Shown: piece by piece, positions 27,772 through 38,156 of the stretch
How the letters are laid out: each line of letters opens with the position of its first letter
How positions within the stretch are numbered: the first letter of the stretch is position 1
Origin: a virus
IMG/VR virus record: IMGVR_UViG_3300028536_000016
Coordinates: 6,696-70,695 of that record
Strand: one strand, 5' to 3'
DNA length: 64,000 nt
Notes under the pieces: generated by a model
What the model saw: only the letters and a program-made list of their open reading frames with translations
Told to the model about the DNA's origin: nothing
Databases searched by the model: none
Position numbers and translations under genes: made by a program

Positions 27772-29499
27772 TCAGCCGCCCGCAACCGAGTTTGCGGTTG
27801 TGGCAACGCTCGCGCCTGTCTGGTTTTTGATATTGACCGTCACCGCCGCATTCACGCCTCTGCGCGCATCTTCAAGCCTGCTTTTGGGACGTTCATATTC
27901 ACGTGAAACAGTGCTGCCGGCCGCATAGGCGCTCATGGTCCTTTTCAAATCATCGCCTGCCCGCTTTTCGGTATGGTTCAGCTCCCAATGGATAAAGCCG
28001 AGCTGCTCCCGCAGTGCCTGGGTCGGATCTTTAACCGACTGCATAGTGTGGCCATACAGTTTGGCATATTGGGCCTGGCGATCGGCATGCCATTGCGAAA
28101 GCCCATAGGCTTTGCCGTTATCGCCAGATATAAAGGGATTGAAACCGCTCTCCGCCTCGACATTCGCAATAATGCCTCGGGTCTGATTGGCGGTCCATCC
28201 GGCTTTCTGTAACTGGCTACCGGCCCATTGGACCGCCAGCGCGTCATATTTGTTCGTGCCGACAGTCGCGCCTTTGAAGTTTCCACTCCCGATCGGCGTT
28301 CCGTCCGGCGCGCGATTCTCCAACGGGCCAGGATCATTTTTGTCTGGGATGAGTCCGAGAAACCGAAGCGCGGAAGCCATCTTGTGGGCGAACATTCCTA
28401 CATCATCGATAATTTCCTTAAAATCCTTCTGGAATTTCGGTGAGCCAAGATATTTGGCGAAGCTATCGGCACCATCGCCGAAAGCCTTCCAATCGATGCG
28501 GTTCAACACATCATTGGCCAGATTGCCGAAACTCGTAACGATCCTGTCCAGGGCGCCGCTATCTTCGAGATGCGTCAGGCCCTTGATGAGCGTGTTTTCA
28601 AACTTCAGCTTCACCGTATCGAGCGTCACCATGAAGTTCTGCCACTTGCGGCCGACTTCATCGTTAAGGCCTTGATAGCGTCGGCTTTCTGAAATCGACT
28701 GATTGAATTGACCATTGCTCTCACCAGCCATGCGCCGCAGATCATCAGGCGAGAAGAATTGTGTCAGACCCTGCGCACCCGCAAGCGCAAGATTGCCCTT
28801 ATCGGCTTTGAACATGCGGCGTGCCGCTATGGCAAGTTGACGCGTCGTCTCGGCCGTTTCGCCATTGGGGTTGACCCCCATCATTTGGAAGGCACCCCAT
28901 TTTGTCGGGTCAGCCTGTGCGTTCGCGACATTCTCCAACGTCGAATTGACGTCAAAATAGCGCTGCATCTGTACACCCATGCCCTGCCGCTGGCTCATGG
29001 AGACGCCCATGCCCATCGCGGCACGGCGATCATTGCCCACACCAGCCAACATACTACCGAGACCAAATAATCCCATAGCGCTGCCGATCAGGCCGGTGGC
29101 ACCGCCGAGGACGGTCCACTTGCCGAGACCAATGGCGAGATCCGTGACGGTTCGGCCAAAATCGCGCGCCTGATCGATCGTTTTCTTACGCCGCTCCGCC
29201 GCCTCTTCTTCGCGCTTCTTGGCCTCCATGTCCTCCTGACGGCGGCGCCGTGCAGCATCGGACATGGCCTTGTCTCGTGCGGTTTCCTCTTGAGCAAGCC
29301 GCCGTGTTTCTTCGGCCTGATGAGCAATCTCCGCTGCGAATGCCGCACCGGCCGCGACGGCAGAAGTGATGGCCTCAGTCGAACCCTTCCATGCCTCGGG
29401 CTGCGCCTTGACCTGCGCTTGATATTTATTGAACGTATCAAGGAAGCGCTTAAAGGCCCCGTCGTCCACCGGTATGCGAAGGATAGGCGTGCCGGCCAC
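27772..29499 (-). CDS. Tape measure protein with C-terminal tail-lysozyme domain
   Basis: Helical N-terminus; GIIANVEAESGFNP..GDNGKAYGLSQW..REYERP. Confidence 0.88.
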   Translation of the reverse strand: MAGTPILRIPVDDGAFKRFLDTFNKYQAQVKAQPEAWKGSTEAITSAVAAGAAFAAEIAHQAEETRRLAQEETARDKAMSDAARRRRQEDMEAKKREEEAAERRKKTIDQARDFGRTVTDLAIGLGKWTVLGGATGLIGSAMGLFGLGSMLAGVGNDRRAAMGMGVSMSQRQGMGVQMQRYFDVNSTLENVANAQADPTKWGAFQMMGVNPNGETAETTRQLAIAARRMFKADKGNLALAGAQGLTQFFSPDDLRRMAGESNGQFNQSISESRRYQGLNDEVGRKWQNFMVTLDTVKLKFENTLIKGLTHLEDSGALDRIVTSFGNLANDVLNRIDWKAFGDGADSFAKYLGSPKFQKDFKEIIDDVGMFAHKMASALRFLGLIPDKNDPGPLENRAPDGTPIGSGNFKGATVGTNKYDALAVQWAGSQLQKAGWTANQTRGIIANVEAESGFNPFISGDNGKAYGLSQWHADRQAQYAKLYGHTMQSVKDPTQALREQLGFIHWELNHTEKRAGDDLKRTMSAYAAGSTVSREYERPKSRLEDARRGVNAAVTVNIKNQTGASVATTANSVAGG

Positions 29500-29672
29500 T
29501 CGTCAATCCCCCTACCTGCGCCGCGCCAAGATGGTCGCCAGTGCCGTCAGGCCATCCGCGAGATGCCGCTGGCGGAATGCCTCCGCCGTTGGATATTCAT
29601 CCCAAGGCTTGCCCTTGTCGGAAAAATACTCGCGCCAGCCCGATCCGGCAAGCCAGTCCAGAGTTGCGGATA

Positions 29673-30260
29673 TTACGCTGGGACATTCTCGCCAATAATC
29701 TCGTCTGGCATCGATGTCTTCAAAGAAGCCGCGTATTCCGTAGCATTCGAGAACGTAGTTAGCAGTTCGTATATCGCAGCCATTCCACGGACCAGACGAT
29801 CCCGGTCCGCTCGCGGCGGCACACGGGAGACCACTGTAAAAAAAGTCAGGATGTTCAGCACCTCGGACTTCTCTTCCGCATCGATCAGTTTGCGGTCCAG
29901 CGCCGTCTGAAGCGGCATCGTGGTCCAGCCATCGCCGCTGGCCGTGATGATGTTGCTGAGCCGCACCATCTCTGCCAACAGGCCGCCCTCGCCTCCGACG
30001 CCATCGGGGCCATCCCACCAGTTCAAGCCCGGACTGCGATAAGTCGATGTGGCAACGTCCTTCAACACCATCTGGGCAATGCTCGGCGCGCTCGTGACCA
30101 CGATGCCATTTTCGGCGAAGGCGGAGAATGTTTTTGCGAGAACCAGATGATAGCGCTCGAAGGTTTCTGGCATGATCGGCGTGGAGTGGATGTATAGCTT
30201 CTCCGTCTCTCCGCGCGAGATCGGGATGACGAGGTTTAGGTTGCGGTTGATCGTGACCAT
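29673..30260 (-). CDS. Tail assembly chaperone; probable -1 frameshift product extends to 29512
   Basis: Between tube and tape measure; T TTT TTT at 29844-29838. Confidence 0.75.
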   Translation of the reverse strand: MVTINRNLNLVIPISRGETEKLYIHSTPIMPETFERYHLVLAKTFSAFAENGIVVTSAPSIAQMVLKDVATSTYRSPGLNWWDGPDGVGGEGGLLAEMVRLSNIITASGDGWTTMPLQTALDRKLIDAEEKSEVLNILTFFTVVSRVPPRADRDRLVRGMAAIYELLTTFSNATEYAASLKTSMPDEIIGENVPA

Positions 30261-30697
30261 CAGGCGAACAACGAATTGTTAACGGTATAGACGCCCTTGA
30301 TCATGACAGGGAAATCGTTGCTTTCGCCAGTTAGGTCCAGATCAGCGATATTACCAAGAACACAATTTTGGAAATAATAGCTTCCCAACACTGCAGAGTC
30401 TGTCACGACGCTTACATCGCCAATAAGGGCATTGGTGAGGCGCTGCTGTTCCCACGCCGCCGCCAGGCTTTGTGACTTGTTAAGATAAAATGCGATGGTT
30501 CCAATCTGGAATAATCTTGGAGATGGAACTGCGCCAGTCAAAGTCGGGATATAATCGCTTGTTTCTCCTTCAAAAGAGATACGAGCAAGCTTAGTCCCAA
30601 AAAATCCGCTTGTGCAATTCAAATTTGGAAATTGAATGACGCTCACGCTGACTAAACCGCGATTAAGCGTTCCTTGCTGTTGGAGGGGTGAGGCCAT
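30260..30697 (-). CDS. Tail tube protein
   Basis: QGTLNR..., IPTLTG.V.SP; follows sheath. Confidence 0.78.
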   Translation of the reverse strand: MASPLQQQGTLNRGLVSVSVIQFPNLNCTSGFFGTKLARISFEGETSDYIPTLTGAVPSPRLFQIGTIAFYLNKSQSLAAAWEQQRLTNALIGDVSVVTDSAVLGSYYFQNCVLGNIADLDLTGESNDFPVMIKGVYTVNNSLFA

Positions 30698-30737
30698 CTT
30701 ATTATTCCCTGTAAAGAAAAACCCGCATTATTACTTG

Positions 30738-32129
30738 TCAACCGCCAACCAAAAGCGTCGTGGCCTGAAGATTGAAGAAAATCGAAAGGAACGGCAACTG
30801 CGGAATCCAGACGCAAGACAGTCCGCCATACTTGCCTTGCCCATAATCATTCGGATTCTCATCCGTATAAGCAAGGAATGGCTCGGCATTGATGACGATC
30901 TGGCCGTTATATGCGCCTGCATTGTAGTTCGCGAGGAAGTCATTGACCGGTAACTGCGTCGAGATGACCTGTCCATTGCCAAGCCCTGCCGCCAAGCCAG
31001 TATTCGCCACCCGGACAACGCGATTTTGCAACCTGTTGATACCCTGCTGATTATAATAAAGCGGATTCACACTCGACGCCGAACCGTTGATCACTTCATT
31101 GGCGAGCGCCAGCTTCGATTGAAGCTGCATCCAGTCCGTCGAATACCAGAAGTTCCAGAAATTGCCGTCCGACATCAGGCCCTGGAAAAGGATGTTGCCG
31201 GAAATCCCGCCTTCCTGGCCCGTCCCGATCCATCCCACCTTGGCGGTCGCAAGCTGCTCGAATATCGTCTGATTGCCCTTGATCGGATAGGCAGTCGTGC
31301 CGAAGCTCGGCGAGTAAGTGAGGGGCGGCAGCTTGTTGGTGCTGGACGGATTGGCCTTGAGCGCCGTCCCGAAGGCCGAGGCCAACGAGAATTCGGTAGC
31401 CGCGATCGAAGGCGCCTCCACCTCGGCATAGACGCACTTGTAGCCAGGCCCCGAATAGACGGCCCGATTCGCGACCGTGGTGGTGACATAGAAGTAGGTG
31501 AAGGCGTTCGTGGCCGTGCTATTGTTGCAGAGCGTCAAGAAGGCTGAATTGTCGTCCCACAGGCGCGGGATCAGGAAGGCGTAGATCTGAAACGTCGTGC
31601 CCAGCACGCTCGTCATATAGGCTGTCAGGTCCGCTACGCCCTCGGTCGCGGTTCCTTCACCGAGTTCGAGGATATAAACCGATGGCACGCCATTGCCGGC
31701 GAAATAGGTGGTTGCCATCGCGGTCAGTTCGGAGACCGATCCCAGCGTGACGCGGCCTGGTGTCGTCTCGGCTCCCGGATTCGCTACCAGCGGATAAGTG
31801 AAAGTGCTAGCGCCCGTGACGGTGGCGGTGAAGCTGCCGTTGTAGCCGGTCGGGACCGCACCCGCGATCACGACCGGCAGGACATCGCCAGTGGTCCAGC
31901 CATGAGGGGCCGTTGTCGTCGCCGTCACGACGCTGCCAGACCATGCCAGACTGGTGAGGGTCAGCGGCGGAGCGATCAGCGCACTCCAGCTATCCTTGCT
32001 GACGAGCTGCGACGTCCCAGCCGCCAACGTGCTGCCGCCTTGCGAGATCAGCGCGCCGGTCTGCTGAAGATTATTGGGCTGTGGTGCGAGAACGACCGAG
32101 GCATTGACGGTCACGATTGCGGTGGTCAT
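30738..32129 (-). CDS. Tail sheath protein with inserted beta domain
   Basis: WYSTDW, NPLYYNQQGINRLQ. Confidence 0.85.
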   Translation of the reverse strand: MTTAIVTVNASVVLAPQPNNLQQTGALISQGGSTLAAGTSQLVSKDSWSALIAPPLTLTSLAWSGSVVTATTTAPHGWTTGDVLPVVIAGAVPTGYNGSFTATVTGASTFTYPLVANPGAETTPGRVTLGSVSELTAMATTYFAGNGVPSVYILELGEGTATEGVADLTAYMTSVLGTTFQIYAFLIPRLWDDNSAFLTLCNNSTATNAFTYFYVTTTVANRAVYSGPGYKCVYAEVEAPSIAATEFSLASAFGTALKANPSSTNKLPPLTYSPSFGTTAYPIKGNQTIFEQLATAKVGWIGTGQEGGISGNILFQGLMSDGNFWNFWYSTDWMQLQSKLALANEVINGSASSVNPLYYNQQGINRLQNRVVRVANTGLAAGLGNGQVISTQLPVNDFLANYNAGAYNGQIVINAEPFLAYTDENPNDYGQGKYGGLSCVWIPQLPFLSIFFNLQATTLLVGG

Positions 32130-32177
32130 CGGCGATACCTCGGTTGATCAGAATGCGTTCATACAACAGCCTAGCGG

Positions 32178-32582
32178 TTAGGTGAAGTTACCCACCGCGA
32201 CTACCGAGACCGCCGCACCCGTGGTCACATACCATCCGGGCGTCGCGACCGTGGCAGCACGGGACCGGATCGGCACGAAGAAGGGCTTGAGATCCGCAAC
32301 CGAAGTCGCGCCGCCGGTGAAGAGTACGATCGCGGTGCTGCCGGAACCATCATAGAGCGAGATGGCGCCGGGGCTGGTGGTGGCCGGCACGACTAGGATG
32401 CCGTCGAGCTGATCGTTCACCGCGCCGGTGGCACCCAGCAGCGTCTTGGTCTGCGAGGCCGCGATCTGCTGATGGGTCTGATTGTTCAGCGACGTCGAGA
32501 GATTGCTTGCGGCGTCCAATGCCGGAAAACCGATGCCACCAGCGGCGAGGCGGGCGGTCTGTGCTGCGAGATTCTGGCCCAT
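32178..32582 (-). CDS. Small beta-rich structural protein
   Basis: Strong RBS AAGGAG; inside the structural operon. Confidence 0.65.
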   Translation of the reverse strand: MGQNLAAQTARLAAGGIGFPALDAASNLSTSLNNQTHQQIAASQTKTLLGATGAVNDQLDGILVVPATTSPGAISLYDGSGSTAIVLFTGGATSVADLKPFFVPIRSRAATVATPGWYVTTGAAVSVVAVGNFT

Positions 32583-32596
32583 GATAGTGGCTCCTT

Positions 32597-33610
32597 CTAA
32601 GAAACGAATGACACGGTGGGGGTGATGAAGTGATCGATGAAAGCGCGGGTGATGAGCTGCTGCGACAATTCTCTCATGCGGCTCTGATAATAGCTGGCTT
32701 CGATCGTGATGACCTTCTTCTGCGCGAGCGCACTGATCTCGACCTGGCCCCGCTTGGCATCGCGCGGAATCGGTGAGTTCATGACGCCTAGGATATCGGG
32801 ATGGCCGAGCGTGTAATCATGCAGATCGTCGAGCCAATCCATGATGGTGTCGTTGCGGACTCCATAGGTCGTGATCTTGACCACGTCCTTGGCAAGCTGC
32901 CAGCGCGAGCCCGTCTTGTCATGGAAGGCCCCGGCCTGCATCGGTGTCGTGTCGTCCTCCCCGATATGGATCGCCGCATAGGGGGGCGTGATGTTGTCGG
33001 GGACCAGCATCGAGGGATAGGCGGGAAAGTATTTGTTGAGCCCGAGCCAGATCGGCAGCGAGTTCGAGACCACGGGATCGGTGACATTGAGATCCGCCGG
33101 GTTATCGATCACCTGCGTGGCGAGGGTCGGATAGACCGCATCGCCGGCATAGTGATAGAGCGCCGCCTGCCGATACCACATATTGCGGGACGAGAAGGCG
33201 AAGCGCTGGCCGTCGATCACGCCGATATACATCACGTCCGGGGCGATGTCGGACAGATCGTCTACCTCGTCCTTCGAGGTGAAGATGATCCGGTGGGTGG
33301 AAAAGCTTTCGTCCAGCCCTTGCGTGTTTACTGTCGTGCGGTGAAGCGAACCACGCGCGTCAAAGTTCGATGCCGGGACCGCCGCATAGCCGATCTGGTT
33401 CGGCGTCACGCTGTTGACGGCACCGCTGTTCGGCAAGGCGCTCGGATTCAGGATGTCGGCGCGGACCCAGAAGACGAAGCCATCGGCAGGCAGCACCACG
33501 CGCCGGTAGCGGGTGAAGTGGACGAGTTGATCAAGGTCGATGACGTCCAAGCCGGCGGAGAGTGCGCCGGCCATCTGGCCTTGGTTTGAAGTGGATTCGG
33601 AGACGCTCAT
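32597..33610 (-). CDS. Head-tail completion/neck protein
   Basis: RVVLPADGFVFWV, SNSLPIWL; position. Confidence 0.7.
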   Translation of the reverse strand: MSVSESTSNQGQMAGALSAGLDVIDLDQLVHFTRYRRVVLPADGFVFWVRADILNPSALPNSGAVNSVTPNQIGYAAVPASNFDARGSLHRTTVNTQGLDESFSTHRIIFTSKDEVDDLSDIAPDVMYIGVIDGQRFAFSSRNMWYRQAALYHYAGDAVYPTLATQVIDNPADLNVTDPVVSNSLPIWLGLNKYFPAYPSMLVPDNITPPYAAIHIGEDDTTPMQAGAFHDKTGSRWQLAKDVVKITTYGVRNDTIMDWLDDLHDYTLGHPDILGVMNSPIPRDAKRGQVEISALAQKKVITIEASYYQSRMRELSQQLITRAFIDHFITPTVSFVS

Positions 33611-34119
33611 TCGACACTTGCTCTAAATGAGTTCTCATAGAGCGACGTGTCTACAAAACTCGGTCTCTCGTTCGGATTCTTACCGCTCTTGAACCGCGAC
33701 GATTTACGCTCCTGTGCCGCCTTCGTCGGGACGCCGGGGATGCCAAGTGTTTCGATCTCACCGCTCATCAGGAAGTGACGGAAGCCTTCCATGATTTCCT
33801 GCCCAGCCTCGGCGAAGGGATCGACGTTCGGCGAACCCGCATAAATGTCCTCAAGCGCGCCCTCGATCGAATGGACGAGCGCGCCCGTGATCTGGTCGGC
33901 ATATTGTTCGTAGAAGGTGGCCATGACGCCATACTTCGCCTCAAGCGCCTGCGCGACCGTGACTGTGGTGGCAGGACCGCTGGCGCCATGCTCAGCCTCA
34001 CGCGCGACCCGCTTGGCATCGCCCTTGTGAGTGCGACCGAGCTTGGTCTTACGGGGTTCGGGTGCCTTGCCGTCATTGCCATAGGCCGTCTCGATGACCG
34101 CGAAAATGAGGTCTGTCAT
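33607..34119 (-). CDS. Neck protein
   Basis: LEAKY, GVPTKAA..RPSFVDT. Confidence 0.7.
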   Translation of the reverse strand: MTDLIFAVIETAYGNDGKAPEPRKTKLGRTHKGDAKRVAREAEHGASGPATTVTVAQALEAKYGVMATFYEQYADQITGALVHSIEGALEDIYAGSPNVDPFAEAGQEIMEGFRHFLMSGEIETLGIPGVPTKAAQERKSSRFKSGKNPNERPSFVDTSLYENSFRASVE

Positions 34120-34688
34120 GAGATCCCCCATTGTGTTCCGATTTTTTGGGCTATTCCTAAGTATGATCTCCCGTATGGCGTGCTCATGAGTTGGAGCTGA
34201 TCAAGCGTCATGTTTTTTGCCTGCTCGGGCACGACCAAGGCCACACTCGTTCCCTCATCGCTGGACGAGGAGACGGTGCCGGTCGTGAAGCCCAACACAT
34301 TGTTCTGCTTCCGGATCCACTCGAAATACCCATAAGGCACCCCGTCCACGACTTTGTAGGGATAAGGCGGTGTCGTGGTGATGTCGGGCGCCCAGGTAAT
34401 CAAAAGATGGCCCGCAAGATTGTAGGTAGCATTGGCCAGAATCGGACCCGGAATGCATTCAAACCAGTCGTTAACCGTCGCGACCGCCGTATTGTAGGCG
34501 TAGAAGAACGCATCGGAATCGGTCGGCAACCACTCGACCGGCACGCCCATGACCCGGTAGACCCACCCCTGAAAGCCTGGAAAGGTCGGCTTCAGCGTGA
34601 CGGGGAAACTGGGCGGTGTCGGCGGTACTGGCGCGGGCACGACCTGGGGAATGACACCTAGCGCCAGATAGGTGGCAGTCGCGTTCAC
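34116..34688 (-). CDS. Head-tail adaptor (DUF4054-like)
   Basis: YNLAGH, SSSSDEGTS, TPYGRSYL. Confidence 0.75.
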   Translation of the reverse strand: MNATATYLALGVIPQVVPAPVPPTPPSFPVTLKPTFPGFQGWVYRVMGVPVEWLPTDSDAFFYAYNTAVATVNDWFECIPGPILANATYNLAGHLLITWAPDITTTPPYPYKVVDGVPYGYFEWIRKQNNVLGFTTGTVSSSSDEGTSVALVVPEQAKNMTLDQLQLMSTPYGRSYLGIAQKIGTQWGIS

Positions 34689-35249
34689 TTATGCGACTTT
34701 CCGGGGACGTCCGCGCTTCGGGGTCGGACGATCGATTTCGGGATGACGGATGCGGAGGCCTTCCTTCAACATGCCGGGCAGATCTGCATCTTCCTCGACT
34801 TGCTCGAACTCCATCTCCAGCTTGGGGAGCGGACGTTCGACCAATTGCGTCAGACCAGCATCGGCCGCGACCGCGAGACTGCGGCGGCGTTCGGCGCCCT
34901 GATCGGACAGGATGCCGACATTGTGATTGACCACGTCCTCAAGGATCGGGCGCGGGACGGGACGGTCCTGCGACCACACCAGCTTGACGACACCGCGCGC
35001 CTTGGCGGTACGGATTTCTTCGGTGCTGACCGCGCCGCAGGTCGCTTCAAGCTGCTGGATGATTTCATGCAATTCCTGGGGATGAAGTTCCCCACCGAAC
35101 TGCATCTGCTGCCGCGCCGGAATCGTGATCATCTTCGGCGGGACAAGCCGCGTGTCCGTGCGGCGTCCCTGATCGTCCACCGTGAAATCCAGACGATAGT
35201 AAATCTGGCGATTCTGGCCGGTAGCGTTCACTACATAGAGCTTTGACAT
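34689..35249 (-). CDS. Hypothetical virion assembly protein
   Basis: MSKLYVVNAT.Q; directly after capsid. Confidence 0.65.
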   Translation of the reverse strand: MSKLYVVNATGQNRQIYYRLDFTVDDQGRRTDTRLVPPKMITIPARQQMQFGGELHPQELHEIIQQLEATCGAVSTEEIRTAKARGVVKLVWSQDRPVPRPILEDVVNHNVGILSDQGAERRRSLAVAADAGLTQLVERPLPKLEMEFEQVEEDADLPGMLKEGLRIRHPEIDRPTPKRGRPRKVA

Positions 35250-35281
35250 GGAAGGCTTTCTCTTAAGCGGGTTCAGTCAAA

Positions 35282-36304
35282 TTAGGCGTAGAGGCAGGAC
35301 AAAATCGTCAGTGCCTGCGGACGCGGTGCCCAGCCCGGCGTCAGGCGCCATTCCGTCAGCACGTCCGTTGCCCCACCCGCCAGCGGCGAGATGATCTCGC
35401 GCGGTGCCGCCATGTCGCAATACTGTGTCAGGCAGCAGGGATTGTTGGGGGTCAGCGAAGCGAACACGTTGGTGTTGACGGCGGCAGGTCCTGATGGAAC
35501 CGCGACTTCCGGCATCGCGATCAGGATGATGTCCGTGTTCGTGGTCCCGCCCGCACCCTGCAGGGTATCGTCATAGGCCCAGACAAGCTCATCGCCGTTT
35601 GCCATCAGGATACCCTTGAGGGTCTCGACGGTGGAAGCCGAACCAGCACCGGGACGCTGATACTGGGTCAGTTCGACGATATTGTATTCCCACTGCGAGA
35701 GCGTGCGCTGGGGGCCCAGCACCACGAAGCGGCGGCCGATGCCGAGCTGCAGGGTCCGCGTCTTCAACTGCGCGATCTGCTGCGCGAAGAAGAAAGCCGC
35801 CTGACCATTGTCATAGGTCAGGACGGTCGTGTTGCCGAACTGGTCGGGCGGCAGGTTGGTCGCGGTGGCGCCCGGCGCGTTGATGAAGCCCTCGCCATTC
35901 TGGGGCTGTAGGCCGAACAGGGCCGCATCACGGGCCTGCTGAAAATGCGCCTGCCGCATCCCGAGCCGATAGGCTTCCGGGACCGCAAAGCCCCAGCGGC
36001 CACCCGCTGCCACGTCGTGGTGATCATATTGCGACCGGACCCGGAACTGATAGGTCATGGTGCTGATCATCGAAGCCGCGATATCGACGCCCGGCAGTTC
36101 GTTGGCGCTAGCCTGCGATCCGGAAATCTTGGTCCGGATATTGAGCTGCTTCATGTAGACGACGAGATCGTCTTCCGCGAGCCGCGTGCGGAGCCTGCCA
36201 TCCGCCAGCAAATCAACAAAGCCCGAGGCTTGATTGAATTGCATAAGGATTTCAGGCTCTTGAAAACTCGGCTCTACAATTTTGTATGCCCCGGCGTTTA
36301 GCAT
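35282..36304 (-). CDS. Major capsid protein
   Basis: Size and position after decoration protein; LPPD..GNTT..TYDNG, APREI..PL.GG. Confidence 0.82.
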   Translation of the reverse strand: MLNAGAYKIVEPSFQEPEILMQFNQASGFVDLLADGRLRTRLAEDDLVVYMKQLNIRTKISGSQASANELPGVDIAASMISTMTYQFRVRSQYDHHDVAAGGRWGFAVPEAYRLGMRQAHFQQARDAALFGLQPQNGEGFINAPGATATNLPPDQFGNTTVLTYDNGQAAFFFAQQIAQLKTRTLQLGIGRRFVVLGPQRTLSQWEYNIVELTQYQRPGAGSASTVETLKGILMANGDELVWAYDDTLQGAGGTTNTDIILIAMPEVAVPSGPAAVNTNVFASLTPNNPCCLTQYCDMAAPREIISPLAGGATDVLTEWRLTPGWAPRPQALTILSCLYA

Positions 36305-36340
36305 GTCAGTCAGTCCCTTCTAATAGAGCGATGCGGTCGA

Positions 36341-37246
36341 TCAGGCCGTTGTGCCGCCGGTGAGCTGGATCTTGGCGCAGGCGCCGCTGTAGTTGTAGGT
36401 GATGACGCCAGCCGTATTGACCACCGTCATGTTGCCGGTCGGCTGCACGTCCAGGACCGTGACCGGAAGCGCACCACCACCCGCCAGCACGATGCCGCCA
36501 GAGGCATAGGTGCCCGGCGAGGCTGCGGCCAACTGCGTGACCACGATGGTGGTGGAGGTGATGCTCACCACCGTGAAGGCACCATTGAAGGCTGAGGTCG
36601 AAGTGCCGCCGGTATTGACCACGCCCGAGACGTTGATGTCGTCGCCGGCATTGATGAAGCTGGTGAGATCTGTCCCGACCGTGAATGTGGTCTGGCCGCC
36701 ACTGGTGGACGCCCACACCGCACCCGTGATCGTGGTCTGGGGATAGGTGGCCGAAAAGGGAATGAGCCGCTGGCCGGTGAAATCCCAACTGACCTGCTGG
36801 TTCAGTTCACCGCCTCGCAGATTGATGAGGGCTGGATCACACGCCACCGCGATACGGGCACGCGAACCGAGCGGATACCAGTTGAGGGACTGGCCGGAGC
36901 CGGACGTCGGCACCGGATTGCTCGGATCATTGACCATGTTGTAGCCCTGATCGAACACGCTGAAGCCAACGAGCCCAGTCGAACCCGTCAGGGCGGTGGC
37001 GCGGCCGAGGCTCATGCCGAGCGCACTGCGGGGACCGGAGGCGCTGATCGGCGGGATATAGGCATAGATGCCGATACCGCCCCACATGGGGACGGTCTCG
37101 TTATTGCTGACGATACCGGCCCGCAGTGCGAAACGGGTCGCGGGATCGGGGTCCGCCTGACCCTGAATCATGCCAACGGACGATGCCCCGTTGAACAGGC
37201 CCTGACCGGCGGTCGTCAGGTTCGGAAATCCGTTGGTGGCAACCAT
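36341..37246 (-). CDS. Capsid decoration protein with inserted beta domain
   Basis: DPATRFAL, PMWGG, GSRARI, VSWDF. Confidence 0.75.
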   Translation of the reverse strand: MVATNGFPNLTTAGQGLFNGASSVGMIQGQADPDPATRFALRAGIVSNNETVPMWGGIGIYAYIPPISASGPRSALGMSLGRATALTGSTGLVGFSVFDQGYNMVNDPSNPVPTSGSGQSLNWYPLGSRARIAVACDPALINLRGGELNQQVSWDFTGQRLIPFSATYPQTTITGAVWASTSGGQTTFTVGTDLTSFINAGDDINVSGVVNTGGTSTSAFNGAFTVVSITSTTIVVTQLAAASPGTYASGGIVLAGGGALPVTVLDVQPTGNMTVVNTAGVITYNYSGACAKIQLTGGTTA

Positions 37247-37283
37247 GTTAAGTGACTCCTGCGATCAAGTGTTTGTCGGGCGA

Positions 37284-38144
37284 TCAGTGCGGGCGATGCC
37301 AGGTGCCGGTAGCGCGCAGCGTGTGGCCCGCCATGTCGTTCATCCAGCTTTCGGGCTGACCCTCCCATTCGATGATGGTGTGGCCGCCGGACTGACGCTC
37401 GATCTTGCGGAGATGACCGGCTGGGACATCGACGCCGCGCCGCGCCGCCGTGATGCTGTCGGCATAGACATCGTGCAGGATCGTATCCAGCATCGCGTCA
37501 TCGCTGACCGCCGACAGTCGCGCATCCTTCCACTTGGGCGAATGGCTCTGCAGCTTGGCACCGAGACGGCGCTTATACTGGGTCGGGGTCTCGCCTTCGA
37601 GCGGGCCCGGCGCACGATCGCCGAAAGCTTGAAAGGCCGGATCTGCCGATTCTTGGATGGTGGCGAAACGCTCGCGGTCGGCATCGGCGATGATCGAAGG
37701 CGCGCGGGCATTCATGCCGGCGATCTGGGCACGCAGCGCAGCGGCTTCGGCGCGGCTGATCGGAGCATGGTCGGCCATCGAACCCTCGTCCTCATCTTCG
37801 TCCTTGCGCTTGGCATCCTTGCGGTCCTCACGCTTTTCGGACTTCTCTTCCTTCTCGTCCTCATCCTTGCGATCGGCCGCAACCTCCTTGGGTTCGCCCT
37901 TCTCTTCGATCTTTTTCTCGTCCTCGGCGTCGGCCTTGGGCTCTTCCTTCTCGGACTTCTCCTCCTCGTCCTTCTTGGCCGAGTCCTTGCGGTCCTTCTC
38001 TTCGAGCGCATCCATGCGGGCATCGAGGCGGCGCGAGCCCTCATCCATTTTCGAACAAGCGTCCTTGATCATGTCGGCGAGCGCGCCGAGCATCTTTTCG
38101 CTGTCGGAAATCTCGGTGTTCTTATCGCCCTGCTCTTCAGCCAT
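37284..38144 (-). CDS. Capsid scaffolding protein
   Basis: Highly charged D/E/K region; APGPLEGET..YKRRL. Confidence 0.8.
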   Translation of the reverse strand: MAEEQGDKNTEISDSEKMLGALADMIKDACSKMDEGSRRLDARMDALEEKDRKDSAKKDEEEKSEKEEPKADAEDEKKIEEKGEPKEVAADRKDEDEKEEKSEKREDRKDAKRKDEDEDEGSMADHAPISRAEAAALRAQIAGMNARAPSIIADADRERFATIQESADPAFQAFGDRAPGPLEGETPTQYKRRLGAKLQSHSPKWKDARLSAVSDDAMLDTILHDVYADSITAARRGVDVPAGHLRKIERQSGGHTIIEWEGQPESWMNDMAGHTLRATGTWHRPH

Positions 38145-38156
38145 GGTAATGCTCCG

